Shown piece after piece: positions 36,508-46,369 of a stretch of DNA of 64,000 nucleotides. Each line of letters starts with the position of its first letter. The stretch's first letter is position 1. The stretch is from Candidatus Saccharimonadota bacterium (GTDB lineage Bacteria > Patescibacteriota > Saccharimonadia > Saccharimonadales > Saccharimonadaceae). The stretch lies in assembly GCA_017459845.1 (NCBI GenBank), contig JAFUCF010000012.1, forward strand, positions 4,120 to 68,119, given 5' to 3'. A program made the position numbers and the translations under genes. The notes beneath the pieces were generated by a model, which saw only the letters and a list, made by a program, of their open reading frames with translations, was not told the origin of the DNA and did no database searches.

Positions 36508-38199
36508 ATGGCAAATAGAACGATTGATGGAATGAGAAGAAAGCCCGCTAAGCCAACTGCTGTTGGCGTGGAGGGGGTGCGCAATGTGCGAAAAAGGGTG
36601 GTAAGCCAGAACGGGCGCCCAGTAGCAGTAAGACGTGTACAGAGAGAGCCAGAAATACCCCCAGTTGTAAAAGCGACAACAAGAATTGAAGAGCCAGAAG
36701 TAAATTCGGCGAATAATATAGAGTTAACGGAGGAAGATGAATTGTTAGATAAAGCTTTTAGGGAAGAACCAAAGCGCACTAGCCGCAAACAGACTAGAGC
36801 CGATTTTGTGAAGCCGGTGAACGGGTTTGATATGGATTTATCTGAAGACGAAATCAAGAAGGACGCGCCAAAGAAGCGGCATATTTTAAGGACGGTTCTA
36901 ATTATCATTTTGGTTTTGTTACTTGCGGGCGGCGCGGTGGCTTATTTCTGGGGTGATGATATTATTAGAAAGCTGACTGGCGGTAGGTCTGGCATGGGGG
37001 ATTTGATTGGCGCCGTTGTGACAGATACCTATGTAGATTTGAAAAAGGACGAAAACGGACGTATTAATATCTTAGCCTTTGGCACTAGTGGCTGGACTAT
37101 GGAAGACGAAACACATGATGGCGCAATGCTGACGGATTCTATCATGGCAATATCGATTGATCCTGAGGCAGGGGATGTGGCGATGGTCAATCTCCCAAGA
37201 GATTTGTATCTTGGGACAACCTGTACCTCTACTGGTAAAATCAATGAGGTTTATTGGTGCAACAATATCGATGATAAAGATGAAGATGGTGGGGCCAAAG
37301 CACTTGAAGAAGAAGTATCAAAGGTACTTGGAATTGACTTTCAATATTATATCCACCTAAACTGGGGGGCGCTAGTACAGATTGTAGATATTCTTGGCGG
37401 TATTACTGTAACACTTGATGAAGATATTAACGATGCTGGGTGGACAGAGGTAGTGATTAGCGCTGGGGTGCCAACTACTTTAAATGGCGAGCAGGCACTA
37501 GGCCTAGCAAGAGCAAGGCATGGCACCGTGTCTGGCGATTTTAGCCGGGCAGCTAGCCAACAAAAAATCTTAATCGCAATTAAAGACCGTATTCTAGAGA
37601 AGGGGTTGAGCATTACTGATATCATCGGTATTATGAACACAGTTGGCGACAACGTAAGGACGAATTTCTCGTTAGAAGAAATCAAGAGCGCCTTCCATAC
37701 CGTAACTACAATTGACTTTAATAATATGCGCTCTATTTCCCTGTTAGACCAAGGTGATGGTACTAGCCTCGTTACTACTTCTTCCTTTGATCCAAGCGGG
37801 CTGGGGTATGAGGTATCATTCGTAGTGCCGGTAGCTGGCCGCTATAATTATACGGATATTCAGGATTTCGTGAAGAATCAACTTTCTAGCGATCCAATCG
37901 TACGAGAAGCGCCAAACGTCTTAGTACTTAATGGTACGGGCGAAAGCGGAGTGGCATCGGCTGAGAAGAGCAAACTTACCGCAGATGGTTTTGTGAAGAT
38001 TGACGTGGATGATGCGCCAGAAGGATACTGGGAGGGCGTAAAGGTCTATGACGCTTCTGGCCGGACGCCGGGTAGCTTAGCAAAAATTGCAGCCAAGTTT
38101 AGCGTTGAACCGTCCACAAAGGTGCCAGCAGAAATAAATGCTACTGGTTATGATATCGTAATTATAATTGGTGTGACAAAAACTTCTGAAGAAGAATAG
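36508..38199 (+). CDS. LCP (LytR-CpsA-Psr) glycopolymer-peptidoglycan ligase with a C-terminal LytR_C domain
   Basis: NILAFG..TDSIM..LPRD, KIN, ARARH...DFSRAASQQ; C-terminal VLVLNGTG..GVA...YDIVIIIG. Confidence 0.9.
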   Translation: MANRTIDGMRRKPAKPTAVGVEGVRNVRKRVVSQNGRPVAVRRVQREPEIPPVVKATTRIEEPEVNSANNIELTEEDELLDKAFREEPKRTSRKQTRADFVKPVNGFDMDLSEDEIKKDAPKKRHILRTVLIIILVLLLAGGAVAYFWGDDIIRKLTGGRSGMGDLIGAVVTDTYVDLKKDENGRINILAFGTSGWTMEDETHDGAMLTDSIMAISIDPEAGDVAMVNLPRDLYLGTTCTSTGKINEVYWCNNIDDKDEDGGAKALEEEVSKVLGIDFQYYIHLNWGALVQIVDILGGITVTLDEDINDAGWTEVVISAGVPTTLNGEQALGLARARHGTVSGDFSRAASQQKILIAIKDRILEKGLSITDIIGIMNTVGDNVRTNFSLEEIKSAFHTVTTIDFNNMRSISLLDQGDGTSLVTTSSFDPSGLGYEVSFVVPVAGRYNYTDIQDFVKNQLSSDPIVREAPNVLVLNGTGESGVASAEKSKLTADGFVKIDVDDAPEGYWEGVKVYDASGRTPGSLAKIAAKFSVEPSTKVPAEINATGYDIVIIIGVTKTSEEE

Positions 38200-38587
38200 A
38201 TTCTTCTTCGCCAAGCTCGGGGCTGACAACCTTAATGCGGTAAGAGCTGGCAGGGCGTTCTGGAGTGCCGAGCGATTCTAGCTTCTTTAGGGCGGCCTCA
38301 AAATACCACTCTACCGTATCTATGAGAATAGTTGGCTCGCCATCATCTTCGTACTGATAGCCAATGGTGTAAATAGCATTTTTAATAGGGAGGTAGGATA
38401 GGATGGGGTATTCTTGGCGTTCTTTATCCCCCTGCTCTATACTTATATTGCTCGCCTCGCCCTCGGCATCTCTTTCAGAGGCGGGCTTATCCATATTCAA
38501 GAAACCAATCAAAAGGAAGGCTGCTAGTGAGCCAAGTACAACAATTATCGCAACAATAATAATAGGGTTAAAATTCTTTGATTTCAC
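38162..38587 (-). CDS. Hypothetical protein with an N-terminal TM
   Basis: 141-aa ORF, co-oriented downstream of jag. Confidence 0.65.
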   Translation of the reverse strand: MKSKNFNPIIIVAIIVVLGSLAAFLLIGFLNMDKPASERDAEGEASNISIEQGDKERQEYPILSYLPIKNAIYTIGYQYEDDGEPTILIDTVEWYFEAALKKLESLGTPERPASSYRIKVVSPELGEEESILLQKFLSHQL

Positions 38588-38605
38588 TCTTTGATTATAC
38601 TAATA

Positions 38606-39064
38606 CTAATCTTTTTTGGCAATGATTAGATGGCGCTCGCGGCCCTCACCCTCGGAGTAAGTAGTGATATCGGAATAATCTTCTGCGAGTTTGTGAACGA
38701 CGCGACGATCGGCCGGGCTGAGCTCGATAGTCATAGGCTCGCCTGTGCGGCGAACTTTAGCAATCCAATTCTCGGCTTTTTCTGCGATGCGCTCAGCACG
38801 AGCACGCTTGTAATCTGCGACATCTACGTTGACGCGGGTGATTTCAGCACCGCGAGCAACTAGGGCTTGGGATACGATATATTGTAGAGAGCGCAGGTTG
38901 TCAGCATTGCGGCCGATAAGTAAAGAGTTGAGACTTGTGGACGGGACTTCGAGCTGAATAACCTCATCATCACAGGTGCTATCAACGGCAACATTAATAC
39001 CAAAAAAGCTCAGTAAATCCTCTAGGAACTTGGTGGCATAGCGGATGGCTTCATCTTTATTCAT
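38606..39064 (-). CDS. jag: Jag/KhpB (EloR) KH-R3H RNA-binding protein, lacking Jag_N
   Basis: LLIGRNADNLRSLQY KH motif and RRVVH R3H motif; adjacent to yidC. Confidence 0.88.
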   Translation of the reverse strand: MNKDEAIRYATKFLEDLLSFFGINVAVDSTCDDEVIQLEVPSTSLNSLLIGRNADNLRSLQYIVSQALVARGAEITRVNVDVADYKRARAERIAEKAENWIAKVRRTGEPMTIELSPADRRVVHKLAEDYSDITTYSEGEGRERHLIIAKKD

Positions 39065-39069
39065 TATAA

Positions 39070-40107
39070 TTATCTCCTTTTCTTTTTACTATCCTTTGCG
39101 GAGATGCGAGTGATTTTGGTGCCAGTCTTTTTGTTTTCTATGACCTCGGCCTCTTTGACCTTTTTAAGCTCTTTTAAGATTGCTTTGTCGGCAGATGCTT
39201 CCATTTTGTCTTCAGCTTTGTTTAAAACAATCTTCTGTTGGATGACGGTAATGATGTTAGTTAGGAGATAGTAGAATGAGAGAGAGCCTGGGAGGTTAAA
39301 CATAATTAAGAACATCATCAGCGGCATCATAAAGCCCATTTGGCGCGACATCATCGCGTTCATATCGGCTTGGTCTGGCTCTTTGCCGGCTTTGGCCTCG
39401 GCCATGATTTGCTTGAAAGTCTTTTTATCCTTCTTGTTGTTACCAGTTGGGAGCTGCTGGCGGGAGACAAAGTATTGCATAAGGGCGGCAGAAATCGCAA
39501 AGAGCAGAACAACAATTTCGGAAATAGTAACTGGGCCAGAGAATACACCAGAAGCGGTAGCGCTTAAGTCTACAAGGTTAAATAGCTTAGGAGAGAAATC
39601 ATAGGTAGCGTCATTATTGCCGTCTAGGCGAGCAGAAAGGTAGGAATCTTGCTTTTCAGCTAAATCGTGGATACGTTCTAGGCCCTGTACTGGCTCGTAG
39701 GCGCAATGAGAAATATTGGTATAACCACACATGCCACCGTTAGACGGGCGAGGATTGGCCACAACAGAGATAGCAGTATACAAAGCGATAAAGATTGGAA
39801 GCTGGATAAATAACATCAGGACAGAACGGAATGGCTTAATGTTGTTTCTCTTGTAGAGATCCATCATCTGCAAAGATTCCATCTGGCGGTTACCATTGCA
39901 GCGTTTCTTAATTTCAGCGAGCTCTGGCTGAATCTTACGCATTAACCTAGTCTGATGAAGCTGCTTTTTTACGAGCGGCCACATACAGAGTTTTACAAGC
40001 ACGGTAAAGATGATAATCGCGAGACCAAAATCGCCGACAAAATTATAGATAACAAAAAGAACGTTGACGAGCGGCCTTACAATCAGAAAGTCAATTAACT
40101 CAAACAT
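39070..40107 (-). CDS. yidC: Membrane protein insertase YidC
   Basis: DFGLAIIIFTVLVKL, QPELAEIKK, QLPIFIALY and LPGSLSFYYLLTN. Confidence 0.93.
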   Translation of the reverse strand: MFELIDFLIVRPLVNVLFVIYNFVGDFGLAIIIFTVLVKLCMWPLVKKQLHQTRLMRKIQPELAEIKKRCNGNRQMESLQMMDLYKRNNIKPFRSVLMLFIQLPIFIALYTAISVVANPRPSNGGMCGYTNISHCAYEPVQGLERIHDLAEKQDSYLSARLDGNNDATYDFSPKLFNLVDLSATASGVFSGPVTISEIVVLLFAISAALMQYFVSRQQLPTGNNKKDKKTFKQIMAEAKAGKEPDQADMNAMMSRQMGFMMPLMMFLIMFNLPGSLSFYYLLTNIITVIQQKIVLNKAEDKMEASADKAILKELKKVKEAEVIENKKTGTKITRISAKDSKKKRR

Positions 40108-40114
40108 ATTACGA

Positions 40115-40459
40115 TTATATCATACTTTCCTTTAGAAGGCTAGAAACTAGGGATTTTAGCTCTGTAAACGGCATCGTTTCTAAGGCCTTTGAATACACCA
40201 CGAAGATATTATCTTTTTTAAGAGACAAGTTTTGCTCGGCGCGAACCAGACGGATAGCCTCGTATACCCGGCGACGGATGCGATTCCTCTTAATAGCGGA
40301 TTTAGCTACCTTTTTGGAGACAACTACGGCATAGCGCTCGCGGCCACGGGAATTAACTGCGTGTACAAGCGTGATATTAGGGCGGCGAATACTTTTGCCG
40401 TGCTGGTAGGTGTATCTTACGCCACCACGAGAGTGGAAGCGAAGTCTTTTGTTTAACAT
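40115..40459 (-). CDS. rnpA: RNase P protein component
   Basis: AVVVSKKVAKSAIKRNRIRRRVYE RNR motif. Confidence 0.93.
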   Translation of the reverse strand: MLNKRLRFHSRGGVRYTYQHGKSIRRPNITLVHAVNSRGRERYAVVVSKKVAKSAIKRNRIRRRVYEAIRLVRAEQNLSLKKDNIFVVYSKALETMPFTELKSLVSSLLKESMI

Positions 40460-40481
40460 ATTGTATATTATACCATAAAAT

Positions 40482-42254
40482 CTATTTTTGTAGAGAGCGG
40501 AAGATGGCGCTCCTTTTTAACAAGGCCTTTGGGCTACCTTCGGCAACGAGGCGGCCATTATCTATCACTAAAACTTTGTCGGCGAGGTTCATAAGCTCTG
40601 GCTTATGAGTAATCATAATAATAGTATGATTTTTCTTGAGCTCTTTTAAGACTTTGATAATGCGCGCCGTGCTAGATGTATCAAGAGAAGACGTTACCTC
40701 ATCAAACAACAAAACTTCTGAGCGCGAAAGCAAGGTGCGAGCAAGAGAAAGAAGTTGCTTTTCCCCGGCGGAGAGATTAGAACCATCGGCGATAAGCTTG
40801 GTGTCATAACCCTTTTCTAATTTCATGATGTCTTCGTGAATACCGGCCAATTTACAAGCTTTTATTTGGTTTGATTTATTGCTGTCTACAAGGCTAAGGT
40901 TTTCCCGGATGGTCATATCAAAGACGAATGGTTTTTGAGTGACAATACTAACATTGGTAGAATAGACATTTTTGGTAAAATCATAAATATTCGTATCATC
41001 TAATAATATTTCGCCGCGCTTAGTTTTATAAAGACGAAGGAGAAGGCGGAAGATAGTGGACTTGCCAGAACCAGATTTACCAACAATAGCTGTAATTTTG
41101 CCGGGTTTAGCCGTGAAGGAAATATTCTTGAGGCTTGGAGCCTTTTTTAGAGGATGGGTAAGCCTGGTGCCATCAGGGGCAAATTTTGGCGGTTCTTCGT
41201 ATTTAAACGAGACGTTCTTAAACTCTACTAGACCGGTAATATCGTCCGTTTGGTTGCTACCAAACTCTAACATATGCGGAGTCTTGTAGTTTAGTAGCCG
41301 ACGGAGACGCTCAATGGCGACGGAAGTACGCGAAATATTATCAATAGTCTCTGACATTTCATCAAAGCTACCGATAATATCTTCGTAGTAACCCAGTATC
41401 AACACTAAGAGAGAGACATTGTATTCGCCATTGAGGATGAGGCCGGCGGCAATGAGGTAGAGCAGGATGCGCCCAGAGCCCAGAATAATCGGAGTGAAGC
41501 CAACGGCGAAATCACGATGGAAACGCTGCTTTTTGTGATACTTGCGCCACAGGATTTTCTCCTGTTCAAGCTCGGTTTTTAATTTATCTTTGAGATTTAG
41601 AGTTTGAACCTCTTTGTAGCCATCTATAATCTGAGTATACAGGCCAGTTATTTCATCGACATGCTCATGTTGCGTAGTTAAGTAATGGTCGCGAAGCTTG
41701 GTGTGGCGGATAAATGATATAAGAGAGATTAATAAAAGCCCAGCCGCTATTAAGCCAATACGCCAGTCCACGAAGCATAAGATGGCCGCACTTAGGATAG
41801 TGCTGATAATGTTGGCAAAATAATCTATTAGAAAATCTGGGAACTGGCGAGCCTTGTCTACGTCGTTAAACGCGGTAGCAATAAGCTCTGAGCGAGAGAT
41901 AGTAGTGGTAAAGCTCGGATCAAAAGTGACTAACTTTTCTAAGATGCGGCACTGCAAGCGATTGTGAATATCGTTAGCCGTTTTGTAATAGGCCCAGTAA
42001 TTATAGTGACGACACAGTAAATATAATATAGACGAAAGGAAGAAGAGAGCTAAACTCCAGTAGGCCCTGGCGTAATTCTCGTTGGCTAAATTATCAACAA
42101 TCAGCGAGGCGGTAAATGGAATGAGTAAGAAAGCAGAGATGCGCATGGTGGCAGAGACAAACAGATGGATTAGCCATTTTGGGCTGGTACATTTTAGGGA
42201 GAAGAAATGCTTGATGATACGATAATAATAGGTAAACATATAGTAGCTAAGCAT
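40482..42254 (-). CDS. ABC exporter half-transporter (TMD+NBD) with consensus Walker B and H-loop
   Basis: GKSGSGKS, LSAGE, LLFDE and ITHK. Confidence 0.9.
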   Translation of the reverse strand: MLSYYMFTYYYRIIKHFFSLKCTSPKWLIHLFVSATMRISAFLLIPFTASLIVDNLANENYARAYWSLALFFLSSILYLLCRHYNYWAYYKTANDIHNRLQCRILEKLVTFDPSFTTTISRSELIATAFNDVDKARQFPDFLIDYFANIISTILSAAILCFVDWRIGLIAAGLLLISLISFIRHTKLRDHYLTTQHEHVDEITGLYTQIIDGYKEVQTLNLKDKLKTELEQEKILWRKYHKKQRFHRDFAVGFTPIILGSGRILLYLIAAGLILNGEYNVSLLVLILGYYEDIIGSFDEMSETIDNISRTSVAIERLRRLLNYKTPHMLEFGSNQTDDITGLVEFKNVSFKYEEPPKFAPDGTRLTHPLKKAPSLKNISFTAKPGKITAIVGKSGSGKSTIFRLLLRLYKTKRGEILLDDTNIYDFTKNVYSTNVSIVTQKPFVFDMTIRENLSLVDSNKSNQIKACKLAGIHEDIMKLEKGYDTKLIADGSNLSAGEKQLLSLARTLLSRSEVLLFDEVTSSLDTSSTARIIKVLKELKKNHTIIMITHKPELMNLADKVLVIDNGRLVAEGSPKALLKRSAIFRSLQK

Positions 42255-43983
42255 TTACCACCTCCTTGCTAATAGACCTAAGCTGGAGAGCGCGATAGGT
42301 TTTGCTGGATTTCATTAGTTTAGAATGCGTACCGATAGCCTCTATTTCACCTTTGTTTAGAACAACGATGCGGTCGGCAAGGCGCATTAGCTCAGGCTTT
42401 TTAGTAATCATCAAGACGGTACGATCTTTTTCTAGACGCTTTAAAAGTGCTGGGACAAGCTTGGCGGTGTCTGGATCAAGGGAAGTAGTAATATCGTCTA
42501 GCAAAATAATTTCAGCGTCGGTGAGAATAGTCCTAGCGATAGATATCATCTGCTTCTGGCCGCCAGAGACGTTGGAGGCATTTTCTCTAAGAATAGTGTT
42601 GTAGCCCATTGGCAGGGTTTCAATAAAATTATGGATGCCAGCGATTTTACAAGCTTCAATTTGCTTTTTAATATTAGTGTCAACGAAGTCGAGATTATTG
42701 CGAATGCTAGTATTAAAAATAAACGGCGTTTGGTTAGCAACGGCTACACTCGATGTATATATCTCTTTGGAGAAATCTTTAATATTAATGTCGTCTAAAT
42801 AGACCTTGCCCTTGGTCGGCTGGCGGAGGCGAAGTAGCACATTGAAAAGCATAGTTTTCCCTGCCCCTGGGAAACCAACAATGGCTACGGTTTCGTGAGG
42901 CTTAATGTTTAAGTTGATATTTTTTAGGATGCTCTTACGATTTATTACGAGCGAGACATTTTTAAACTCAATGTGGCCAGAGAGATTATCTTTTACGACG
43001 TTGCCAAACTGATACTCCTTTTCTGGATGATATTCTAAAATCGTACGTACGCGGTGGACAGAGGCGTTAGTAAGACGGATGTCTATGCAGGCATCAATAA
43101 AATCGTTGAGACAGGTAGTGACGGACTCATGATAACTAATAATCAAGACTAGTACATCAATAGCGATATTACCATTTACAAAGCCGATAATCAGTAAAAG
43201 ATAGAGGATTGCTTGAAAGGCATAGAAAATATGCTTGCTATCATTATCGCGAATAGTTCTTTCAGCACGTTGCTTTTTGTATAATTTATCATAGCGTAGC
43301 TGAATTAAAGCTAATCTCCTTTTTAGCTTTGGCAACATATTGAAAGTCTTCACTTCTTGTAGGCCGCTTGCGGCTTGACCTAAGAAATTAGAGTAACGAT
43401 CGTCTTCGCGGCGGGTTTTTTGCCAATAGAAATTATAGTTTTTATCGGCTTGATTGCGGACGTAGAAATAGATAACATTTGAGATGAAGAAGATAGCTGG
43501 GTAAATAAGCCCATACTCGCCGACGATAATAAAGATTGCGATAGTCTGAAATGGAGTGGTGAAAAACTCGGCCAGCTCATCCGCCATCTCGCTGATAGAG
43601 ATGAGGTCTGAATTGATGGTGTTCATGAAAAAGCCTTTACTAATCTTGCGGGTAAAGTTTTGATCTACAGTGATTAGTTTGTTAAAGATTTGGTCGTGCA
43701 AGTGACAATAGCTATAATTGACATTCCATGAATAAGCCCGCCAATTAAGGTATAGTGCTAGGCGAAAGCCAAAATAAACGACTATGAATATAATAATATT
43801 ACGATATGTTTCCTCGGCATTTTGGTCGGAAAGAGATTTGATAATCATGGCGCCAACAAAAGGCTGGGCGATTTCTAGCGCTTTGTAAGCGGCGGCAGTA
43901 AGAAGGCTAACTAGAAAAAGCAAAGGCTTTAGCTCGGCAATAGCCCAATACTCACGAATAAACCTCCAGTATTCTTTAAGCAT
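42247..43983 (-). CDS. ABC exporter half-transporter (TMD+NBD) with degenerate Walker B and H-loop
   Basis: GFPGAGKT, VSGGQ, ILLDD and ITKK. Confidence 0.9.
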   Translation of the reverse strand: MLKEYWRFIREYWAIAELKPLLFLVSLLTAAAYKALEIAQPFVGAMIIKSLSDQNAEETYRNIIIFIVVYFGFRLALYLNWRAYSWNVNYSYCHLHDQIFNKLITVDQNFTRKISKGFFMNTINSDLISISEMADELAEFFTTPFQTIAIFIIVGEYGLIYPAIFFISNVIYFYVRNQADKNYNFYWQKTRREDDRYSNFLGQAASGLQEVKTFNMLPKLKRRLALIQLRYDKLYKKQRAERTIRDNDSKHIFYAFQAILYLLLIIGFVNGNIAIDVLVLIISYHESVTTCLNDFIDACIDIRLTNASVHRVRTILEYHPEKEYQFGNVVKDNLSGHIEFKNVSLVINRKSILKNINLNIKPHETVAIVGFPGAGKTMLFNVLLRLRQPTKGKVYLDDINIKDFSKEIYTSSVAVANQTPFIFNTSIRNNLDFVDTNIKKQIEACKIAGIHNFIETLPMGYNTILRENASNVSGGQKQMISIARTILTDAEIILLDDITTSLDPDTAKLVPALLKRLEKDRTVLMITKKPELMRLADRIVVLNKGEIEAIGTHSKLMKSSKTYRALQLRSISKEVVNA

Positions 43984-44000
43984 TACTTTTATTATAGCAC

Positions 44001-44032
44001 AAAAAGCCCGCTCTTTTTTGGGCGGGCTTTTT
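44001..44032. terminator. Bidirectional-type intrinsic terminator after the FISUMP gene
   Basis: AAAAAGCCCGC-loop-GCGGGCTTTTT. Confidence 0.75.
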
Positions 44033-44034
44033 AT

Positions 44035-46242
44035 TTATTTCTCGGACGCGTCGCCAGTGCTTACGCCAGGAGCATTGCGGGTGGTCATCTGGGTGGCGGT
44101 CCTTAAGAGACAGCGGACTGCGCTACCTTCTGTAGCATCGGTGCTGTTAATATCCCAGGTATCGCTATCGACGCCAGAACGGTGCGGGTTAAAGGCAGCC
44201 GGGCCGGTACCGCTGTTGTGAGTAGTAATGGTGTTCATAAAGTATGAGCCATACGAGCCAGCAGCTGCGGAAGTCGTACCCTTAGTGACATATTTATTAT
44301 TGGCAAAGTCCCAAGCCCCGTTAAAGGTAAAGTGTGGGCCGTGATACGTAGCATCATCGTTAGCGGCAAAGGTAAAGGCAGTTTTCCAAGAATCGCTCTT
44401 ACCGTCCCCACCGCCATTTGCGGTGCCAATGTTGTACTTTGCTAAATCCCATAGCTCGCCAGAAACGTTGCTAAATTGGTTGCTTAGTCTGCTGTAGGCA
44501 TCTGGCATTTTATAGTGCGCAGGACAGATAGAATCTGGAAGAAGCGTGTTAGCAGACTGGTTGCTCCAGGTGCCGGCCGTGGCGGCCTTGTAGTTGTAAA
44601 GCGTGCTGTAACCAGATTGCGTATGATATCTTGCGCCAGACGTACCGCTCGTAGCGATTGTTAAGCTGGTGCTGCTTGTGACATCCGAGGTGGATGGATC
44701 TAGCGTAACTGTACCGGTTGGGGTATAGTTCATGTCTTCCAGCATCCAGCAGCGGCCATCAGCATATTTTCTAACGTGGTAGTCCTTGTTGTCGCGCTTA
44801 TCTTTAAGGGCAAGCGTGTCTAGTACGTTCATGATGTCACACATTGCCGGAGTTAAATCTTGAAGATATGTAATATTCGGTGTCCAGATAGCATACAAAG
44901 TAATCGTTGGAATGTCTTTAGAAGTGTCTAGGCCACACTTACTTACGATATCAGAGACGCTGACGTTTGCTTGGCCACTAGTGTAATCCTTTGCGGTAGC
45001 GGTTTTCTTACAAGCCCAACCAACGAAGGAATAGTTGCTAATGGAGTAGCCGTTAGTGCTGAGGGTAACCGTGGTGTCATTTGCGCCGATATTCGTATTT
45101 GGGGTAGTGCCAGTGGCGGTAGTGCCAGTAGGGGCGTTAGCATCATAGACAATCTGCATCGGATTTTCTTCTTCATCGCCGTAGCAAAGCGCAGTTAATT
45201 CAACGTCTTTAGCTGGCATAACAAATTGGTAAATACCATTACTATTTGGGCCAGTGATGATAGAAACATTAATATCTTTACTGGACCATCCTAGGAACTG
45301 GCTGGTGGATGGGCAGTTTTGGCGGATGCTAACAGTAACGCCATCATTAAACCTACTCGTGGTTTCTGTGCCAGTGGTACCTACATACCCATTAAATGTG
45401 GTAACTTTGTAATTCGTTACTTCGTCTGTGTAAGCCGTGTAAATTACGCGACCATAATAAGTGCCATCTGGAAGGCTGTCGCCAACATTAACGCCATAGA
45501 ACACTTTTGTAACATCAGTGTCGGCACTAGTAGAGGTCTTGTTTACGATGGTCTTAGGAGTAGTTGGGACGGCCCCCCAGATTTTGCCAGTAGTATCGGA
45601 ACCAATCAAGCTCATTCCCCATTCATTGGTACTAAGGCTTGATAGGTTACTTGGATTAGTGCTGGTAATATCGCCGCTAGTAGAGCTAAGACAATCGCTC
45701 GTGCTGCCGCTTAGACAGAATTTGCTATTATCGGTCGAAACCTGGAGAGTATAACCTTTACCACCTGCACTAACCGAGACGTTGTCCGTAAGAGAGGCGG
45801 ATTTTCCGCGCTCGGCATCGAAGGTCATTTCGGACGTGACGGATACACCAAGCTCAGTGCTAGCAGCATCGGCACTCCTTTCGTTCTGGCTAAACCCACG
45901 AGCGAGAATGGAGCTGCCTAAGAATGCTACGGCTAAAACTAAACTAGCGGTAACAAAAACTCTTGGGCGCATAGAAATATGGAAGGAGCCTCTGTCTGCA
46001 AAGGACATATGGCGATTCTTTTTGAGATATTTTGCTAGAAATACGCCTAAAGCTACGAGCCCAATGAGGATAAATAAGGTAGAAAAAACAGTCCCACTAA
46101 CATTGTCGCCGCTCGTAGTATTTTCACCAGTATTTGGAGAACCAACGATGGTCGTTGTATTCCCTGGTGTTGGAGTTGGGGTAGGGGTTGGAGTAGGGCT
46201 ACCCAAAGTAAATTTTAGTGTTGTTGTTGCGCTCATAAGCAA
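44035..46242 (-). CDS. Surface protein with a bacterial repeat domain and a C-terminal FISUMP (Fibrobacter succinogenes major paralogous) domain
   Basis: DKRDNKDYHVRKYADGRCWMLEDMNY, LYNYKAATAG, SICPAHYKMP and AVRCL; YDANAP..GTT...F.GW repeat. The ATG at 46236 may be the true start. Confidence 0.75.
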   Translation of the reverse strand: MLMSATTTLKFTLGSPTPTPTPTPTPGNTTTIVGSPNTGENTTSGDNVSGTVFSTLFILIGLVALGVFLAKYLKKNRHMSFADRGSFHISMRPRVFVTASLVLAVAFLGSSILARGFSQNERSADAASTELGVSVTSEMTFDAERGKSASLTDNVSVSAGGKGYTLQVSTDNSKFCLSGSTSDCLSSTSGDITSTNPSNLSSLSTNEWGMSLIGSDTTGKIWGAVPTTPKTIVNKTSTSADTDVTKVFYGVNVGDSLPDGTYYGRVIYTAYTDEVTNYKVTTFNGYVGTTGTETTSRFNDGVTVSIRQNCPSTSQFLGWSSKDINVSIITGPNSNGIYQFVMPAKDVELTALCYGDEEENPMQIVYDANAPTGTTATGTTPNTNIGANDTTVTLSTNGYSISNYSFVGWACKKTATAKDYTSGQANVSVSDIVSKCGLDTSKDIPTITLYAIWTPNITYLQDLTPAMCDIMNVLDTLALKDKRDNKDYHVRKYADGRCWMLEDMNYTPTGTVTLDPSTSDVTSSTSLTIATSGTSGARYHTQSGYSTLYNYKAATAGTWSNQSANTLLPDSICPAHYKMPDAYSRLSNQFSNVSGELWDLAKYNIGTANGGGDGKSDSWKTAFTFAANDDATYHGPHFTFNGAWDFANNKYVTKGTTSAAAGSYGSYFMNTITTHNSGTGPAAFNPHRSGVDSDTWDINSTDATEGSAVRCLLRTATQMTTRNAPGVSTGDASEK

Positions 46243-46369
46243 AAATCCTTTTGTTTTAATATGACCTGTTTTGTTTTATTCTAGCACAACCATTATAAGG
46301 ACGTCAAGTATTTTTTAAATTTTGCTTAAGCGGCTTGAATTGCCCGGCATTTTATGTATAATATATTAT

